From the human T2T-CHM13v2.0 reference genome, Homo sapiens, in the NCBI RefSeq assembly GCF_009914755.1, contig NC_060940.1: a DNA stretch of 64,000 nucleotides; one strand, written 5' to 3'. This document shows positions 14,130-31,674 of the stretch, in pieces. Position 1 is the first letter of the stretch. Each line of letters begins with the position of its first letter. Below the pieces are notes generated by a model that searched no databases, was not told the origin of the DNA, and was given only the letters and a program-made list of their open reading frames with translations. Made by a program: the position numbers and the translations under genes.

Positions 14130-14560
14130 GTTGAGAACCACTGGCCTAAGCCAGTCATGGAAATTCCATTTCTTTATTTAAAGTGATTGATGTAATAACT
14201 TAAGCATGTGACATAAATCTGGCCAATGGGCCCTGGAGCTAAGTCAGCTGGGAGTGGACTCTGAGAAAGCTTTTCTTCCACTGAGAAAAAGAACATAAGA
14301 CATTTGTAATCTCTTCTATTCTCTGACCCTGAGTGTCATTGCCTCTGTGTGATGCCTGGAACTTTAGCAGCCATCTTGAGGCCATGAGGTAAGAAGGAAC
14401 CCTGTCTGAGGATGGCAGATCAGAAATAGAGAAAGATAACGCCCTTACCATTGTGCTTTTTAAGTTTTCAATCCTGACCTGGAACCATCCTATCTGTCAA
14501 CATCATATTATGTGAGATAACAAATGCTCTTGCTTTTTAAAAATTCACTTTTTTCTATTA
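14130..14560 (+). mobile_element. Old MLT1 LTR fragment
   Basis: GATGCCTGGAACTTTAGCAGCCATCTTGAGGCCATGAG motif. Confidence 0.55.
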
Positions 14561-15589
14561 CCTACACAGAAATACAAGTAACATAGCAATCGTATATATG
14601 GCAAGTAATAACATGACAAATAACTAATTACAGCAAATTTTAAAAATTATATTGTCAGATGATGCCATATCCTTGGATGATAAAATACTGGCCAGACTTC
14701 TTCTGTAGGACTTCCAGTAGGACATGGATAGAAAGTTGCAGAAGAAGTGATATATGCAGTGTAATCTCTCTGCAGTCACACAAGGTAGGTCTGGTCCATA
14801 ATCTACAAGGACAGTGCCATCCAGGAGTGGCAACAGCGTCTCTGTCGGTGTCCCTTTTCTAACTGGAAGAAAAACTTTCCAAGACTATTTCCAGCTTACT
14901 TAGCCTCCTGGCTTATTAGTCAGGTTTATGTCACATGCCCAAATCATGGCATCAGTCATTTGACCAAAAAAATGGAGTTTTCATAACTGGCTTAGATCAG
15001 TGGTTCTCAATCCTGGCAGCCCAGTAGAATTACAAATTGATGCTTATAAACCATGGTAGTGCCTGGTCCCCTGCATCACAAACCAGTTGAATCCAAACAT
15101 TTGGAGGTGGGGCCTGGCCATTGGTGTGTTTTCCAAAGTTCTATTGGAGCTCCACAAATGGATAAGTTAGTCAAGATTCATATGCCTTCATAACCAGAAC
15201 TGAGGATCTTAAATTACATGGCCTCTCAGAAGAGGTTGATCAAAATTGGGATTCCTCTAGAAAGCAGGAAGACGTGGTTAGTTGCTAGGTAGGCAACTGA
15301 TAACAGTCGATTTTATAGATAAGGAAATTAAGGTTCAAGTATTCAAAGGAACTTGCAGAAGGTCACATTGATTATTTCTGAGCAGGAATGGATGCTAGCC
15401 TGGACTGTTTGACTCTGGAGACTATGGTCTTTATACCTCTTCTCTATCAGGTTTTCCATGTTGTCAGGAGAACTTTGCTTGTCCCATACCTTGTGGCCTT
15501 GATTCTGAAAACTTCTCATTTTGGAAGGTCAAGCAATTTCTCAAGTAATGAGCCTGACTTTGTGATGCCCTAGATGGCACTTTATAGTC

Positions 15590-16050
15590 AATCACTCATT
15601 TAATAACTCTTTATTGAACATTGAACATCTACAATGGGGAAGAAATTGCTTAGGTCATTGGGGATCTTATTATTTTGGTCATTAAGACAGGGAGAGCCTT
15701 GAGCTCATGGAGCTTTATATTTTATCAAAAAGACACCAAAAAATGAACAGATATCTGAAATAATTTCAGAGAGTGATAAATGCCATGGATAAAATACAAC
15801 AGAATAATGTGATGGAGATAAACTGAAGCTGAGATGCCAATATATAGAGAGTAGTCTAGGAAGTTTGCTTTGGGGAAGGGACACTGCACCTGAGACTTGA
15901 ATGGCTACATGGCAGCAAAACTTTCCAGGACATGGGAGCAGCCTTCCTGATTCAAGATGAACTTGGTGTGTTTGAGGAACAGGCAGGAGGCCTGGTGCCT
16001 GGAGTTAAAAAGTGATGGGTAACATGGTAAGAAATGGCATCAGAGGTGGG
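15590..16050 (-). mobile_element. L2 fragment
   Basis: TTTATTGAACA...CTCATGGAGCTT...GTGTTTGAGGAACAG. Confidence 0.6.
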
Positions 16051-16067
16051 AACTTTGTCTCAGAAGT

Positions 16068-16505
16068 TGTAGTGAGCTGAGTGATGTTCCCCCCATAATA
16101 TATGTTCACTCAGAACCTGTGAATGTGACCTTATTTGGAAAACGGTCTTTGCAGAGGATCTCAAGATGAGCTCATTCTGGATTAGACCCCAAATCCAATC
16201 ACACGTGTCTTTATAGGAGAAGAAAAACAGACAAGACACACAGAGGAGAAGATGATATGAAGACGGAGGTGGAGATTGAAATGATGCATCTACAAGACAA
16301 GGAATGCCAAGAATTGACAGCAGGCAGCAGAAGCCAGGAGAGATGCATGAAACAGATTCTTCTTTGAATCCTCCAGAAGGAATCAACCTTGGTGACATCT
16401 TGATTTTGGATTTCTGGTTTCCAGGACTATTAGAAAATAAATTTCCATTGTTTTAGGTCATTATATTTGCTGTAATTTATTACAGCAGCCTCAGGAAACT
16501 AACAC
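16068..16505 (+). mobile_element. MaLR LTR (MLT1C-like)
   Basis: AGAACCTGTGAATGTGACCTTATTTGGAAA ... ACAGCAGCCTCAGGAAACTAACA. Confidence 0.85.
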
Positions 16506-17369
16506 GGATGTCATGACTCAAAGAGTCCTCCATGGTTCTGCTCCAAACTGGTGTTACATGTCAGCACCGCATCCCACACCTGAGGAACCAGGGCAGGCTC
16601 TTACAAACTTGTTTCCTCCGAGAACATCTGCTTCTCCATTCTGAATGTTCTAGGAAATGTACAAGGGACCATCATTTTGTTGTAAGTCAATTCATTTGAA
16701 TTTGTACCACTTGAAAAATTTACATCTGTATGTTTGAAAATTCAGTTCAATTGTTGAGCAAGCCTTGGCAGCCATCATTGCACCAAGTTTAATTATCTTT
16801 CTGGTATTATCAAGACTCAACATTAGCACTAATTGTGCTGGGTCCAACTCTAATGTCTTCAAATAATTATTAGCAATTGCTTATTATCTCTTTTGAAAAC
16901 CCTAAATACATACCTATTTTTTAAGACGTTGGCTCATTGAGACTGGAAAGAACGCAGACTTCCATTCTTGGGGCTGATGTGAGTCAGAACATTGTTCAGG
17001 AAAATAAAAGTGTGTGGGTTTTTGGGTGCCAGTTTGAAATATTGACTGTGTTTCTTGATTGATTGGCTAAGCCTAGTTGGAATATCAAGCTTCAGTTTTC
17101 AGATGTGAGGCCCAAAATAAAATGTTTCACTTCGTTCTCTAAGCCACTTACTTGTCCCTCAGGTTTGCTTTTCCCTCATTTCTCAGACTCCTATTCTGCA
17201 TACCTTAAAACATTTCTCCTCTGTTGCATTCAGAAGAAACAGAAGCCTCTCCTGTTGCAGACAGCCCTTCCCTCTACAGAGTAAGTTTCTCCTTTCCTCC
17301 CTAAATTACTAGGCTATACTAGAAGTCATCATTCATATTTTGCATAATTTCTACCCATTATTAATGCAT

Positions 17370-17602
17370 CTATTCATGCTTCCATGAATCCATGCATTCA
17401 TCCATATATGCATCCATGCATGTAGGCATTCTTCCAAGAATCCATGCATCCATCTACACATCCATGCATGTAGCCATGCATCTATCTGTTCATCCATGCA
17501 TGTGGCAATGCATCACTGAATCCATGAATCCATGTATGTAGCCATATAGCCATGCATCCATAAGTCCATGAATCCATCTATACACACATGCATGTATCCA
17601 TC
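17370..17602. repeat. Degenerate (CATC/CATG)n simple repeat
   Basis: Repeated ATCCATGC/ATCCATGA units. Confidence 0.8.
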
Positions 17603-17604
17603 AA

Positions 17605-17830
17605 TTCTTTGTTCTCTGTTATTCCTTTTTCAAATAATCCTCCTTTACATTTCTATTTTATTTCCTTCCAAGACTTCTACTACATCTAGCTTCTAAAGCT
17701 CTTAAGTTAGTGACTATCATTCTATTTCTTTATCATCCCGTGATGATGTCAGAGAAACTCTTTGAGCCAATATTCTAGGTATCTATACTTTTATTTTTAA
17801 ATCAAAAAGATCAACCCATCCACTGAGTTT
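17605..17830 (-). mobile_element. Possible ancient L1M/HAL1 ORF1 fragment
   Basis: The minus strand is purine-rich with L1 ORF1-like phrases (CAGTGGATGGGTTGA...GGAGGATTATTTGAAAAAGGAATAACAGAGAA); highly diverged. Confidence 0.35.
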
Positions 17831-18526
17831 TTATTTTGGAGTTTGACTAGAAGTTATGATTATAGTTTCCTTGTAACCTTTACTTGTTTCTCAGGATCCA
17901 CACCATAGGAACTGTTTTTGGATGAGGTGAAGGTAGCTGCTCTCTGTAGGTTACCAGTCCAGATGACTAGCCCACAGGGGTGAACCTGTGTTGGGTGATG
18001 CTAACATGCTCAGGTGCTAGCCAGTCCACTCACACTCATTACAACTGGCCACGTCCCCTCATAGATAGTTCTACCCTGAAGATACACTACAGCTTGCAGA
18101 AGGTATTCCTGCTTCTTTGCCCCGCAATAGCACCCAGGATGGGTAATTGCCTTTATAGCTTGTCAGGAGGAGGAAAGAGCTTAATTAGGACTCTCTCCAC
18201 CAGCACAATCCATGTCCACGAGCACTAGCACACTTATCTTCCAGGCCACCTTTTACCCTACACCAAGACTTAACTACATTTTGTTTTTCTATTGGTCTTT
18301 CACATATTTGAGTTTGGGATCTAGAGGTGCTCTGACATCTTTTGTCTTCCTCATGTCTCCCCTGGCACCTGCAATAGTGGAAGACAGCCATCAGCTATTG
18401 TAAGTTCACCACTTATCCATCTGCTCACCATTTACCCGAGGAAGACCATTCATTTAGGCAGTGGTCGGAAACTCACAACCTAAGGGCCTCACCCACTCAC
18501 TCATCCTCTTTAATAATAAGCTAGTT

Positions 18527-18836
<310 letters not shown>

Positions 18837-19559
18837 TCACCATTTACTCATCTTCTTTAATCTTTGAGTTTTTCTGAAACATAAAAACAACACACCTCAA
18901 ATTTATAGCCTTTCAGCAGGTAACATTTCTTAGCTAAATTTTTAATGGCATTGCCTTATTTTTATTGTATTTTGATGGGGAATATCTTCTACCTATGACA
19001 TCTGCTACTATAAAAAGTGGTAACAAGTTTCCTTTTATAGCAGTATATGAAGTTTAATTTTGAAATGAAAAAATAAGAAAGACAGTAAGTAATAATGACA
19101 AAGGAAACACATGCAAAAATCACGAGCTGTTATGTGAATGACTGAATTTGAGAAACATGACTTTAGCTTTTTAAATCCTCATAACACTCCTTTCAGGTGG
19201 AGAATAATGTTCTTGTTTATAAGATGAACCAGTTGTAGTGAGGCTAAGAAACTGGCCCAAGCTACACACCTGCTTTTCAGTGTCAGGCCTTAAAGCAAAG
19301 TCAGAATGACTCCAGATTATGAACTCAACTTTCCCTCCAAGTGTTCTCCCTCTTGAGCTTCCATATGCATAAATGTGTAGATGGATGGATGCATGGATGC
19401 ATGGCTACATGCATGGATGGACAGATGGAAGAATTTGGGAGTTAGCCAATTCTTGTCCTAAGTGATCAATCATAAATCTAAACTCTTAAATATAAGCAGG
19501 GAGAGAATTAGTGTTTAGGGCATTTTTGTGTATCGTGTGCTATTATTATCTCTGCCATG

Positions 19560-19750
19560 GTCACATTTGTAGCCCCATTTAATCCTCCCAATAATCTTAG
19601 GGAGGCACTGACCTGTGTGTTCCATTTCACAGATAAGGAAACTAAAGTCACAGAAGTAACTTTCCCAAGGCCACGTAGTAAATGACTGACCAGAATTGAA
19701 CCCTGGTCTGTCCCCAAAGCTTAAGGTAGTTCAGTCTCATCATACTGCTC
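19560..19750 (-). mobile_element. MIR
   Basis: CCATTTCACAGATAAGGAAACTAAAG core. Confidence 0.7.
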
Positions 19751-19984
19751 TCCAATAAAAGATAACTGATCATCCAACAAGTTTTAACATATCTGGCTTT
19801 ATCCCATCTTTATAAGACAGGGTAGTGTCAAAAATGTTTTATAAAAACTTTCCTTCAAAACATACTTAAAAATTTACAAGGAGCTTAAAGGCTTCAGCTA
19901 CAGTTTCCAGAAAAGTGAGCTTCCAGCTGCAGTGACTAGAGAAAAGTGATGAACTCTCAGTCTCCTCAAGTGTCAATGGGATGG

Positions 19985-20379
19985 GACTATGGACAGAATT
20001 GTGTTTCTCCAAAATGCGTAGGTTGAGGCCCTAGCCCCCAGTGTGACTATACTTGGACACAAGACGGTAGGAAGTAATTAAGGTTAAATGAGGCCATATG
20101 AGTGGGACCCAGATCTGATAGGGTTAGTGTCTTTATAAGAAGAGACAACACAGAGCTTTCTCTCCCTCTCTTTCTCTCCTCTCCCTCCCCGAAGGAAAGG
20201 CCCTGTGAGGACAAAGCAGCTGTGTGCAAACCAGGAACAGAGCTTCCCAGAAGCCAAATCCTGCTGGACCTTGATCTTGGACTTGCCAGCTCTCAGAACA
20301 GTGACAAAATAAATTTCCATTGTTTATAAGCTATTCAGTTGATGACATTTTGTTATGGCAGCCCAAGCAGACTAATACA
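19985..20379 (+). mobile_element. MaLR LTR (MLT1A0-like)
   Basis: ...TTGTTATGGCAGCCCAAGCAGACTAATACA; TSD GATGG. Confidence 0.85.
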
Positions 20380-21179
20380 GATGGCAGTTAACATTGAAGG
20401 TCCTATGTGATCAGATTAAAGCTCTATGTAAATGGGCAATAGCATAAGGGGTATTATTTCTCTGAAGGGCCCACTTTGGGCCTGGGTCAAGCTGGGGATG
20501 CAAAATATGTGACTCTATAGGCAGTAAAAAATGAAAACCCAGAAAAATCCCAGCAGGACACCCGTGGGTGTAAAGTGGGCTCCTTAGCATTGGAGATCAT
20601 TTCTAGACAAGGCTCATGGTTGCCTCCTGCTTTGCTTTTTCTCTTCCCAAAGTGGAAATCGCCTTATTTGCTTTTTTTTCTGATTACAAAAATAACACAT
20701 ACTCTATATAAAAATAAGCCAGCAATTTTAAAAGGTAGAAAAAAGGACGTAAAAGCTGACATAGCCCCTCTGCTCGGCATGACTATCTGTACTGTGAAAA
20801 TGTCACAGCCCACCCTTCCAGACCTAAATTTTTTGTTCATTTCCGTACATACTTATATACATAGAGATTGCATATGTGCTTTAAAATAAAAATCGGATTA
20901 TATTATATCTGCAATTTCAAAACTTGCAATTTACAGTTGGGAAAAACCACCAGTATAACAAAAATTATCTCTGAAGCCAGCCTGCCTGGTTTAAATCCTA
21001 GTTCTGCCACTTATTAACCGGATAGCCTTGAGTTCTCTAGACTCAAATTCCTTTTCCAAAAGAATTGATAATAGTAGCTCTTATTTCCCATGGTTGTTTT
21101 AAAAATTAAATAACCTGATAGGTGAAAAATGTTTAGGACTATGCCTGGCATATAGTACATGCCATTGTAAGAATCTACA

Positions 21180-21480
21180 GCCAGGCGCGTTGGCTCACAC
21201 CTGTAATCCCAGCACTTTGGGAAGCTGAGGCGAGTGGATCATAAGATCAGGAATTTGAGACCAGCCTGGTCAATATGGTGAAACCCCGTCTCTACTAAAG
21301 ATACAAAAATTAGCCCGGTGTGGTGGCGGATGCCTGTAGTCTCAGCTACTTGGGAGGCTGAGGCAGGAGAATTGCTTGAACCAAGGAGTCAGAGATTGCA
21401 GTGAGCCAAAATCATGCCACTGCACTCTAGCCTGGAGGACAGAGTGATACTCCATCTCAAAAAAAAAAAAAAAAAAAAAA
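21180..21480 (+). mobile_element. AluS
   Basis: Full-length with a long A tail; TSD AAGAATCTACA (21169-21179/21481-21491). Confidence 0.95.
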
Positions 21481-21484
21481 AAGA

Positions 21485-21488
<4 letters not shown>

Positions 21489-21520
<32 letters not shown>
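21489..21520. repeat. (AC)n microsatellite
   Basis: About 16 units directly after the Alu TSD. Confidence 0.95.
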
Positions 21521-21521
<1 letters not shown>

Positions 21522-21529
21522 ACACCTCA

Positions 21530-22010
21530 TAGTCAATCCATTGCTTCAGATTATAAGTGTTCATTTGGTTCTCACATCTGCAGCTTGACTAGGCAATTTT
21601 GCTCATGTGGGACAGACTCGATTGATCCCTACTGGACATGGACATGAATCTATGGTCAACTGGCTGGTTGGCTGAGGCGGGCTGACATAGGATGCCTCAC
21701 TCACATGCCTAGTGGTGGCTGGTTGTTGGCTGGATGGTGGGTGGTGGTGATGATGAGTCCCAAGTCACTCATCATTCAGCAAGCTATCCTGGATTTGTCC
21801 AAGAACAACAGTAGAAGCACACAAGACTTCTTGAGACCTTAGCTCAGAACAAGCACATGCTGTTAACCCTACTCCATGTTATTGACTACATAAAGCAAAT
21901 CACAAGGCCAGCCCACATTCAAGGGGTGAGACCCAGAATCCACCCTTGATTAGAGAAGCTTTACAGTCACATTGCAAAGTTGTGGGTATAGGAAGTGATA
22001 AATACTTGGG
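21530..22010 (-). mobile_element. Old MLT1 LTR fragment
   Basis: GCAAATCACAAGGCCAGCCCACATTCAAGGGG motif. Confidence 0.6.
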
Positions 22011-22685
22011 GACATTTAAAAAAATCAATGTAGCATACACATGTTACAGATAAGGAAACTGAGGCTCAAAGAGGCCCAAGGCTCTGGAATTCTAGCCCAG
22101 GAGGGCTGAGCCCAGAGTTCAAGCTCTGGAATGCCACATCACACAAACAAGGGTAACAACTTCCCCTTTACCAGACCCCTGGGGATAGGATCACCTTTGC
22201 CTCACTGGTAGAGAGCACATAGAGAAAGCTACTAACTTTTTCTGCTTCTGAATCACTCAGTCTGCAAAATATCCTAGGATCTTCTCTCTTTCTCCTTCTC
22301 CTTTTCTTCCTCCCTGGGTTCAATTACGCACAGCCAGAGCTTCCAGAGTAGAGATAGCAGCAGCCTCCAAGCAAACAGCAAAGCATCCATTTATCATTCC
22401 TTCCTTTCCAGGTATTTTCTTCTGACTAAGGAGAGGAGTACTTTCCTATGCAATGTGAACCTCATATCCCCTCCCATCCTCTTTCTCCAATTCTAAGAGG
22501 TTGAAGTCCCATTCTTGTGAGAGATGTACTTCCTGGTCACACTCAGAGTCAGTCCACAGGGAGGAGAGTGTGATGGCTGATGGGGTGTGGAGCTGAACAT
22601 ACACTCCTTGTTGGTGCTGATTGAGAGTTATTTCTCTTTGCATCTGTGTCAAAGGGAATCAGGAAAGAGGCTTAGGTTTGCAGCA

Positions 22686-22997
22686 GGAGGAAGAGGAGGA
22701 GGAGACAGGGAAGAGAAGGAGGAGGAAAAAGGAAGAGGAGGAGGAGGAAGAGGAGGAGGAGAAGGAAGAAAAGGAGGAAAAGATGGAGAAATAGGAAGAG
22801 AAGGAGGAGGAGGAGAAAGAGGAAGAGGAGAAGAAGGGAGAACAGGAGGAGGAGAAGGAAGAGGAGGAGGAGGAGAAAGTGGAGGAGGAGGAAGAAAAGG
22901 AAGAGGAGGAGGAGAAAGAGAAGGAGGGAGAAGAGGAGGAGGAAAATGAATAGGAAGAAGGAGAAGAGGAGGAGGAAGAGAAAGAGAAGGAAGAGGA
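22686..22997. repeat. ~310-bp polypurine (GGA/GAA)n tract
   Basis: Almost exclusively A/G on the plus strand. Confidence 0.95.
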
Positions 22998-23236
22998 TGA
23001 CTACTTAACAAAAGAACCTAACTTGATCTTAAGATCTAGGGCATAAAGAGATACTGTGGCTTCTGCTTACCTAGATGGAAGTCTTTTATTGAATTCCAGG
23101 ACCCCAACTTTCCTTTGGGAATCACTCCTACCACATATTCTATCTTTTGTCCATACTGACTGAGTACTTGAATCTATCTGTCTATGTCTGAAGCCAAATA
23201 TTACTGGATAACTTAGGTAAATGAGCCAATACAGTG

Positions 23237-23237
<1 letters not shown>

Positions 23238-23305
<68 letters not shown>

Positions 23306-23310
23306 GTCTC
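23238..23310. repeat. (CT)n microsatellite
   Basis: About 29 pure CT units followed by CTGT variants. Confidence 0.95.
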
Positions 23311-23431
23311 CTCGTGCAAGTTTAAGTTGGATTTCCATCAGTTGAATCCAGCAGTCCTACCTTGTACAAAAATTCATTCATAGCTCTATCATTCTTTCCT
23401 GATCATCCACAGTCAGAACTCCTTCTTTCTT

Positions 23432-24566
<1,135 letters not shown>

Positions 24567-24713
24567 TCAGAACTCCTTCTTTCTTCCCCAACTACCAAAT
24601 AAAATTTCCATGCATATCAGTGAATGCAGAATCTAGTGGTGAGAATGGGGGCATGGCATAAGGAAATTGCTACCTGCTCTCACTGTAAGTCTGAGCAGCC
24701 GACAGCATCCTAC

Positions 24714-24716
<3 letters not shown>

Positions 24717-24771
<55 letters not shown>
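24717..24771. repeat. (CA)n microsatellite
   Basis: About 27 units. Confidence 0.95.
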
Positions 24772-24772
<1 letters not shown>

Positions 24773-25015
24773 CCCACACATGCACCTACACATCCTTGAA
24801 GTCAAGGTAAGATGAGTTTGGGTGAGCAGTTTCATGTTCCATGGAAGTCTAGAGCCCTTCCCAAGTTTTCAGGTTATTAGCTGGGGGACAGAGGAAAGGA
24901 AGTGGCTATGATTTCAAAGTCACCACTGACTTCAGGATCATGATTTTCTCAGGCTGCACCTGTTTCAGCCTACACTGCAGCAGTGTTAAATTCAGGCCCT
25001 TCTCACATACAAAGT

Positions 25016-25046
<31 letters not shown>

Positions 25047-25059
25047 AGAGAGAGAGAGA
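25016..25059. repeat. Compound (CA)n(GA)n microsatellite
   Basis: Seen directly in the sequence. Confidence 0.9.
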
Positions 25060-26649
25060 TACAAAGCACTTATGAATGTAGTAAAATTGAATGAATACAA
25101 AGACAACTTAAAATGACTTAAAAACGACTTTAAGTAACATGCATCTTTTTTTTTCCCCAATGTATTAATAAACTCCCAAGAAAATTTCCACTGGCCATAG
25201 CCTCACATGAACTTGGCAACTCCTCATTTCCCTCCTTTTCATCTCTTCATCCCTCCCTCCCAGGAGCTCTGTACTCATTTCTCTCATTGTTCTACCCAAG
25301 GAGTGACTTTCCTCATCTCTCCCCCCACCTCCATCTCTCTCTGAACCACACCAATTTCCCCAGCCTCGCCTTCTACAACAAATGCCTCTCCAATGTATTA
25401 TTTAAGATGCTAAAAGAAAATCAACTCCAGATTTTAAAATAATATTTTTACCTTAGTATGTCTGTGTAGAAAAACATCAGGTAGGAAATGCCCCCAACAT
25501 AGCAGTGGCTGGTGGGATTACAGGTAATTTTTCTTTTTTCTTCAAATAAGGATATTTCTAACTAACCTCCAGTAGAAGATATATTACATCTTTGTATAAG
25601 AACCCCAGAAAAGGAAATGAAGGAGAGTAACACTTTTATTAGTAAACCCACCCAATGGGACTCACTGGTTATTCTTAGATTTGCAGAATCTGAGCTTTTT
25701 CTGATAACATATGGAACCCGGAAGTGACATCTAAGCCATCTGATTCTAGCCTCTCCTTCTGGAAGGACTTAAAGGACACTTTTTTTCTACTAAACTAATA
25801 CTCAGTGATCAGAGAGGCTTAGCAGCTTCTCCAAGGTCACCCAACTGGAAAGAGGTAAAGCCAAGATTCAGAGTCAGCAATGTCTGACTCTAAAGACGAT
25901 AGTTTTTTTTTTTCATTGCTGGAGATTCAGGGATCCCAGGTTGTGGAGAGGAAACCTATGGAGGCTGAAAAACACTTAGCCGGGTATCACTTGTGGTTTT
26001 TCACAATGCTCCCTAACCTCAGTGGTAACCTTTCAGGCATTGATATATGTTGCTTCACAATTCACAAGCTAGGCATCAACGTGCCTGAGAAAATACGCCT
26101 GGAATTCCCGACCACCTCCAGGAATATTTCACCTGTGTGAAATGATGCTGTGAGTGTCCTCAGAGCAATTATTTCTATAAAATGATGTAACTGAAACGTG
26201 GCCTTTTAAAAAGGAGTGTGATCAGGCTCAATTTGGATACAGTTATTTGAGACACTGAATCATCCAACTTTTATTAGACCCAGGAGATGGTCGCCATGGT
26301 TTTCTGCCTGGGAGTTTATGATCAAGTTTTGGGTTTTTTTCCCTCATTCTGAAGTAAAAAAAAAGGAGGTAATCTATAAACAATGTGTCTCCATCCTTGT
26401 GAATTACCTGTTAGATCTAGAAGAGGGAAATCAGTCATGTGCACAGCAGACCCCACACTGGGGAAGGCAGATTCCCCCTCCTCAACTTTCCCTGCAGGTT
26501 TTTGGATCCATTTTATCTTGGAAGGCAATTAACTAAGCATCAAAGCCCAAAGTGACAAGACCCTAATAATAACCATGGGGAAAACATGGTATTGTGTAGT
26601 CGCTAAGAACTTGAATCAGAATGTCTGAATTTATATTTATGCTCATTTT

Positions 26650-26975
26650 ATCATTCATTTAGCAGACACTTTGTATATACCTACTATGTACCAGGCACTG
26701 TTATGGATGATGCTTGGAGCATAGCCGTCACTAAGGTGGGGTCCTTGCTTTTATAATGTTTCTGGTTGAGTTCACAAATAAATACAAAAAGAAGCAAGGA
26801 CCTAATAGATGGCAGTGAGTGCTGTGGGGGTGACAGAGGGGCTGGGGGCTGCTTTTGTTGGGGTGGGGGATGGGGTCAGGGAAGTCCCCTCTTTGAAGGT
26901 GACTGTGAAGCTAAAACCTGAATGTAGAGAATGAACCAGTCATGGAAATTCCTAGGATGTGAATTCCCGGCAGAC
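26650..26975 (-). mobile_element. L2 3' fragment lying between MIR pieces
   Basis: TCATTCATTTAGCAGACAC...CCTACTATGTACCAGGCACTG; MIR-like sequence at 26580-26640 and 26975-27120. Confidence 0.65.
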
Positions 26976-27679
26976 ACTGCCGTTTACTAGTTGTGGCCTT
27001 GGGAAATGTCTGAACCTGTCTAGGACTCAGTGTTCTCATCTATTAAGTGGGGATAATGAAAGGCCGGTGCTAGGGTTGAATGTCATAGTCCATAGGAAGC
27101 CTCAGCACACTGGGCTAGGCTGAAGCATGAGAAATTGCTGATACAATTTTTGACGTACAAAATGGCCATGTTATGTAGTTCAGCTACATCTCTGTTTAAT
27201 CAATGCCAACTGTTACTATTTATAACTACTGTTTATTGAGCACCTGCTAGTTTTCTTTCTCTTAATATTTTTTCTAATCCCTATAATTTGGCAAAGTACT
27301 CATTATGAGCTTCATTTTCTAGAAGAGGCTCAGAGAGGTAAATGATTTTCCCAGGGCCACAGGGTCAGTAACTGGGGCTGTCTGACCTCAAATAGTGAGT
27401 GCTGTTCTACTTTGCTCCCCTGGCCTTGGGGATCCCAGTGCAGCCCCCATGTCCAGAAAAGGCTTGCTGAAAATTTGTTGAGCAAACGGAAACTGATGCT
27501 TCCCTCCTATCCATGGGATGAGCAACGATGTTTTCAATAACCCCAAAGACTTCCTCAGCCATCTCATGCACTCATTTCTAATTTGGCATTTTTTTTTTCA
27601 AAGGCTAAGGAACTTTCTGCAGGTGGTGCTGTCACACATGAGCTGGGGTTTGTCAGAAGGTCAAGGTAGAAAACTCTAA

Positions 27680-27846
27680 GCCAGTGTTAATCCTGAATGC
27701 ACATTGAAATCACCCAGGCAGTCTTAAAAAACTGTGATGTCTGGGTCCTGCTTCCAAGGATTCACATGTGATTGGACCAAGCATAGGTATTCTTTTAAGT
27801 TCCTCAGAAGATTCTATTGTGCAGCAAGATTGGAGAACCAGTGTCC
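27680..27846. mobile_element. MER5A-like hAT-Charlie DNA transposon
   Basis: CAGTG...TGCACATTGAAATCACC...GATTCTATTGTGCAGCAAGATTGGAGAACCAGTG. Confidence 0.65.
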
Positions 27847-28197
27847 TAAACAATTTATACCCAGGAAGCATTCAGCTAGGGCCACAGGGATCAAGGCACA
27901 GACAATAACTTGGGAGATAAGGAGTTACTCTCTTTGGTAAACAGTTCATATATTTCAAAGCTGAACCAGATCAGGACCAACACCCCAGAGCATTAGTTAT
28001 CATTTTCTTCTCTGAACTCTACCCCAAGAGGTAGCAAAGGACAAAACAGTATATGCCTTGGTCAGAATGCAGACAGAAAACCTGTAACCCTGCTGTGTTT
28101 TTCGCTTGCCTTGTGGCCTTGGGCATATTGCAGAACCTCTCAGGGCCTCAGTATATGCAAAATACAGATAGTAAAACCTGCTGCACGAAGGTATTAG

Positions 28198-28217
28198 TCT
28201 CTCTCTTGCTCTCTCTG

Positions 28218-28249
<32 letters not shown>

Positions 28250-28340
28250 GTATATATATATGTATATATATATGTACACACACATATATATACACATATG
28301 ATTGTTATATAAAATATATTTATATTTATTATATATTTGT
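28198..28340. repeat. (CT)n(AT)n/(TATG) compound simple repeat
   Basis: Seen directly; the AT-rich sequence resumes at 31000-31070 after the L1. Confidence 0.9.
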
Positions 28341-28352
28341 TTTTTTAAAGTC

Positions 28353-31017
<2,665 letters not shown>

Positions 31018-31179
31018 TTATAATATGATATTTATTATATTTATTATACATGCTATATCATATTTAGTATCTATTGCATCTATGTATTACCTACCTTTAG
31101 TAAAGTGCCTGTCTTACACATGGTAAGTACTCAAATAATGATTGTTATTTTTTGAAAGATACAGCACTAATTATGAAGT

Positions 31180-31370
31180 ACCTGCCTGTCCAATCGCTAT
31201 TGTGGGTGCTCTTGGATATCATTTCACTTCATGCTCCCCATTGTCCTGGAGCTGGGTGTGATCTCTATCTTACAGATGAAGAAACTGAAGCTTTGGGAGG
31301 TTAACTGACTGCCAGGACCACATAGCTGGTAAACGATAAAGGTGGAAATTGGACTCGGGCATGACTTTCT
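31180..31370 (-). mobile_element. MIR
   Basis: TTACAGATGAAGAAACTGAAGCT core. Confidence 0.7.
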
Positions 31371-31674
31371 ACTCCACCGTGGAGCCTCTCAAAGATTCAA
31401 CTTGAAATACGAAAACGGAAATGTCTTCCAGAGACTGACCAGGGCTCTTTGGATGGGGCAGCACCTACAGATAAAGGCATTTTTGTTGCCTTACTGGACA
31501 CAATTTCTTGTGCTTTTTAAGGTTTCCAGTGAAAAAGGACAAAGGCAGAGGATGTTCCTTGTTAAACCCCACCGCTATCCCCACCAGTGCAGCCCATCTG
31601 CTGTAAATTGGTTTAAATACAGAACCCAGTCCAGGCTAGTGAAAGAGGAAAAGCACCGGATTAGGGAAAATGTC

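Noticed and set aside
22587-23011. 120-aa Gly/Glu/Arg-rich and Pro-rich ORFs on opposite strands
   Set aside because: They are translations of the GGA/GAA low-complexity tract, which lacks stops by composition.
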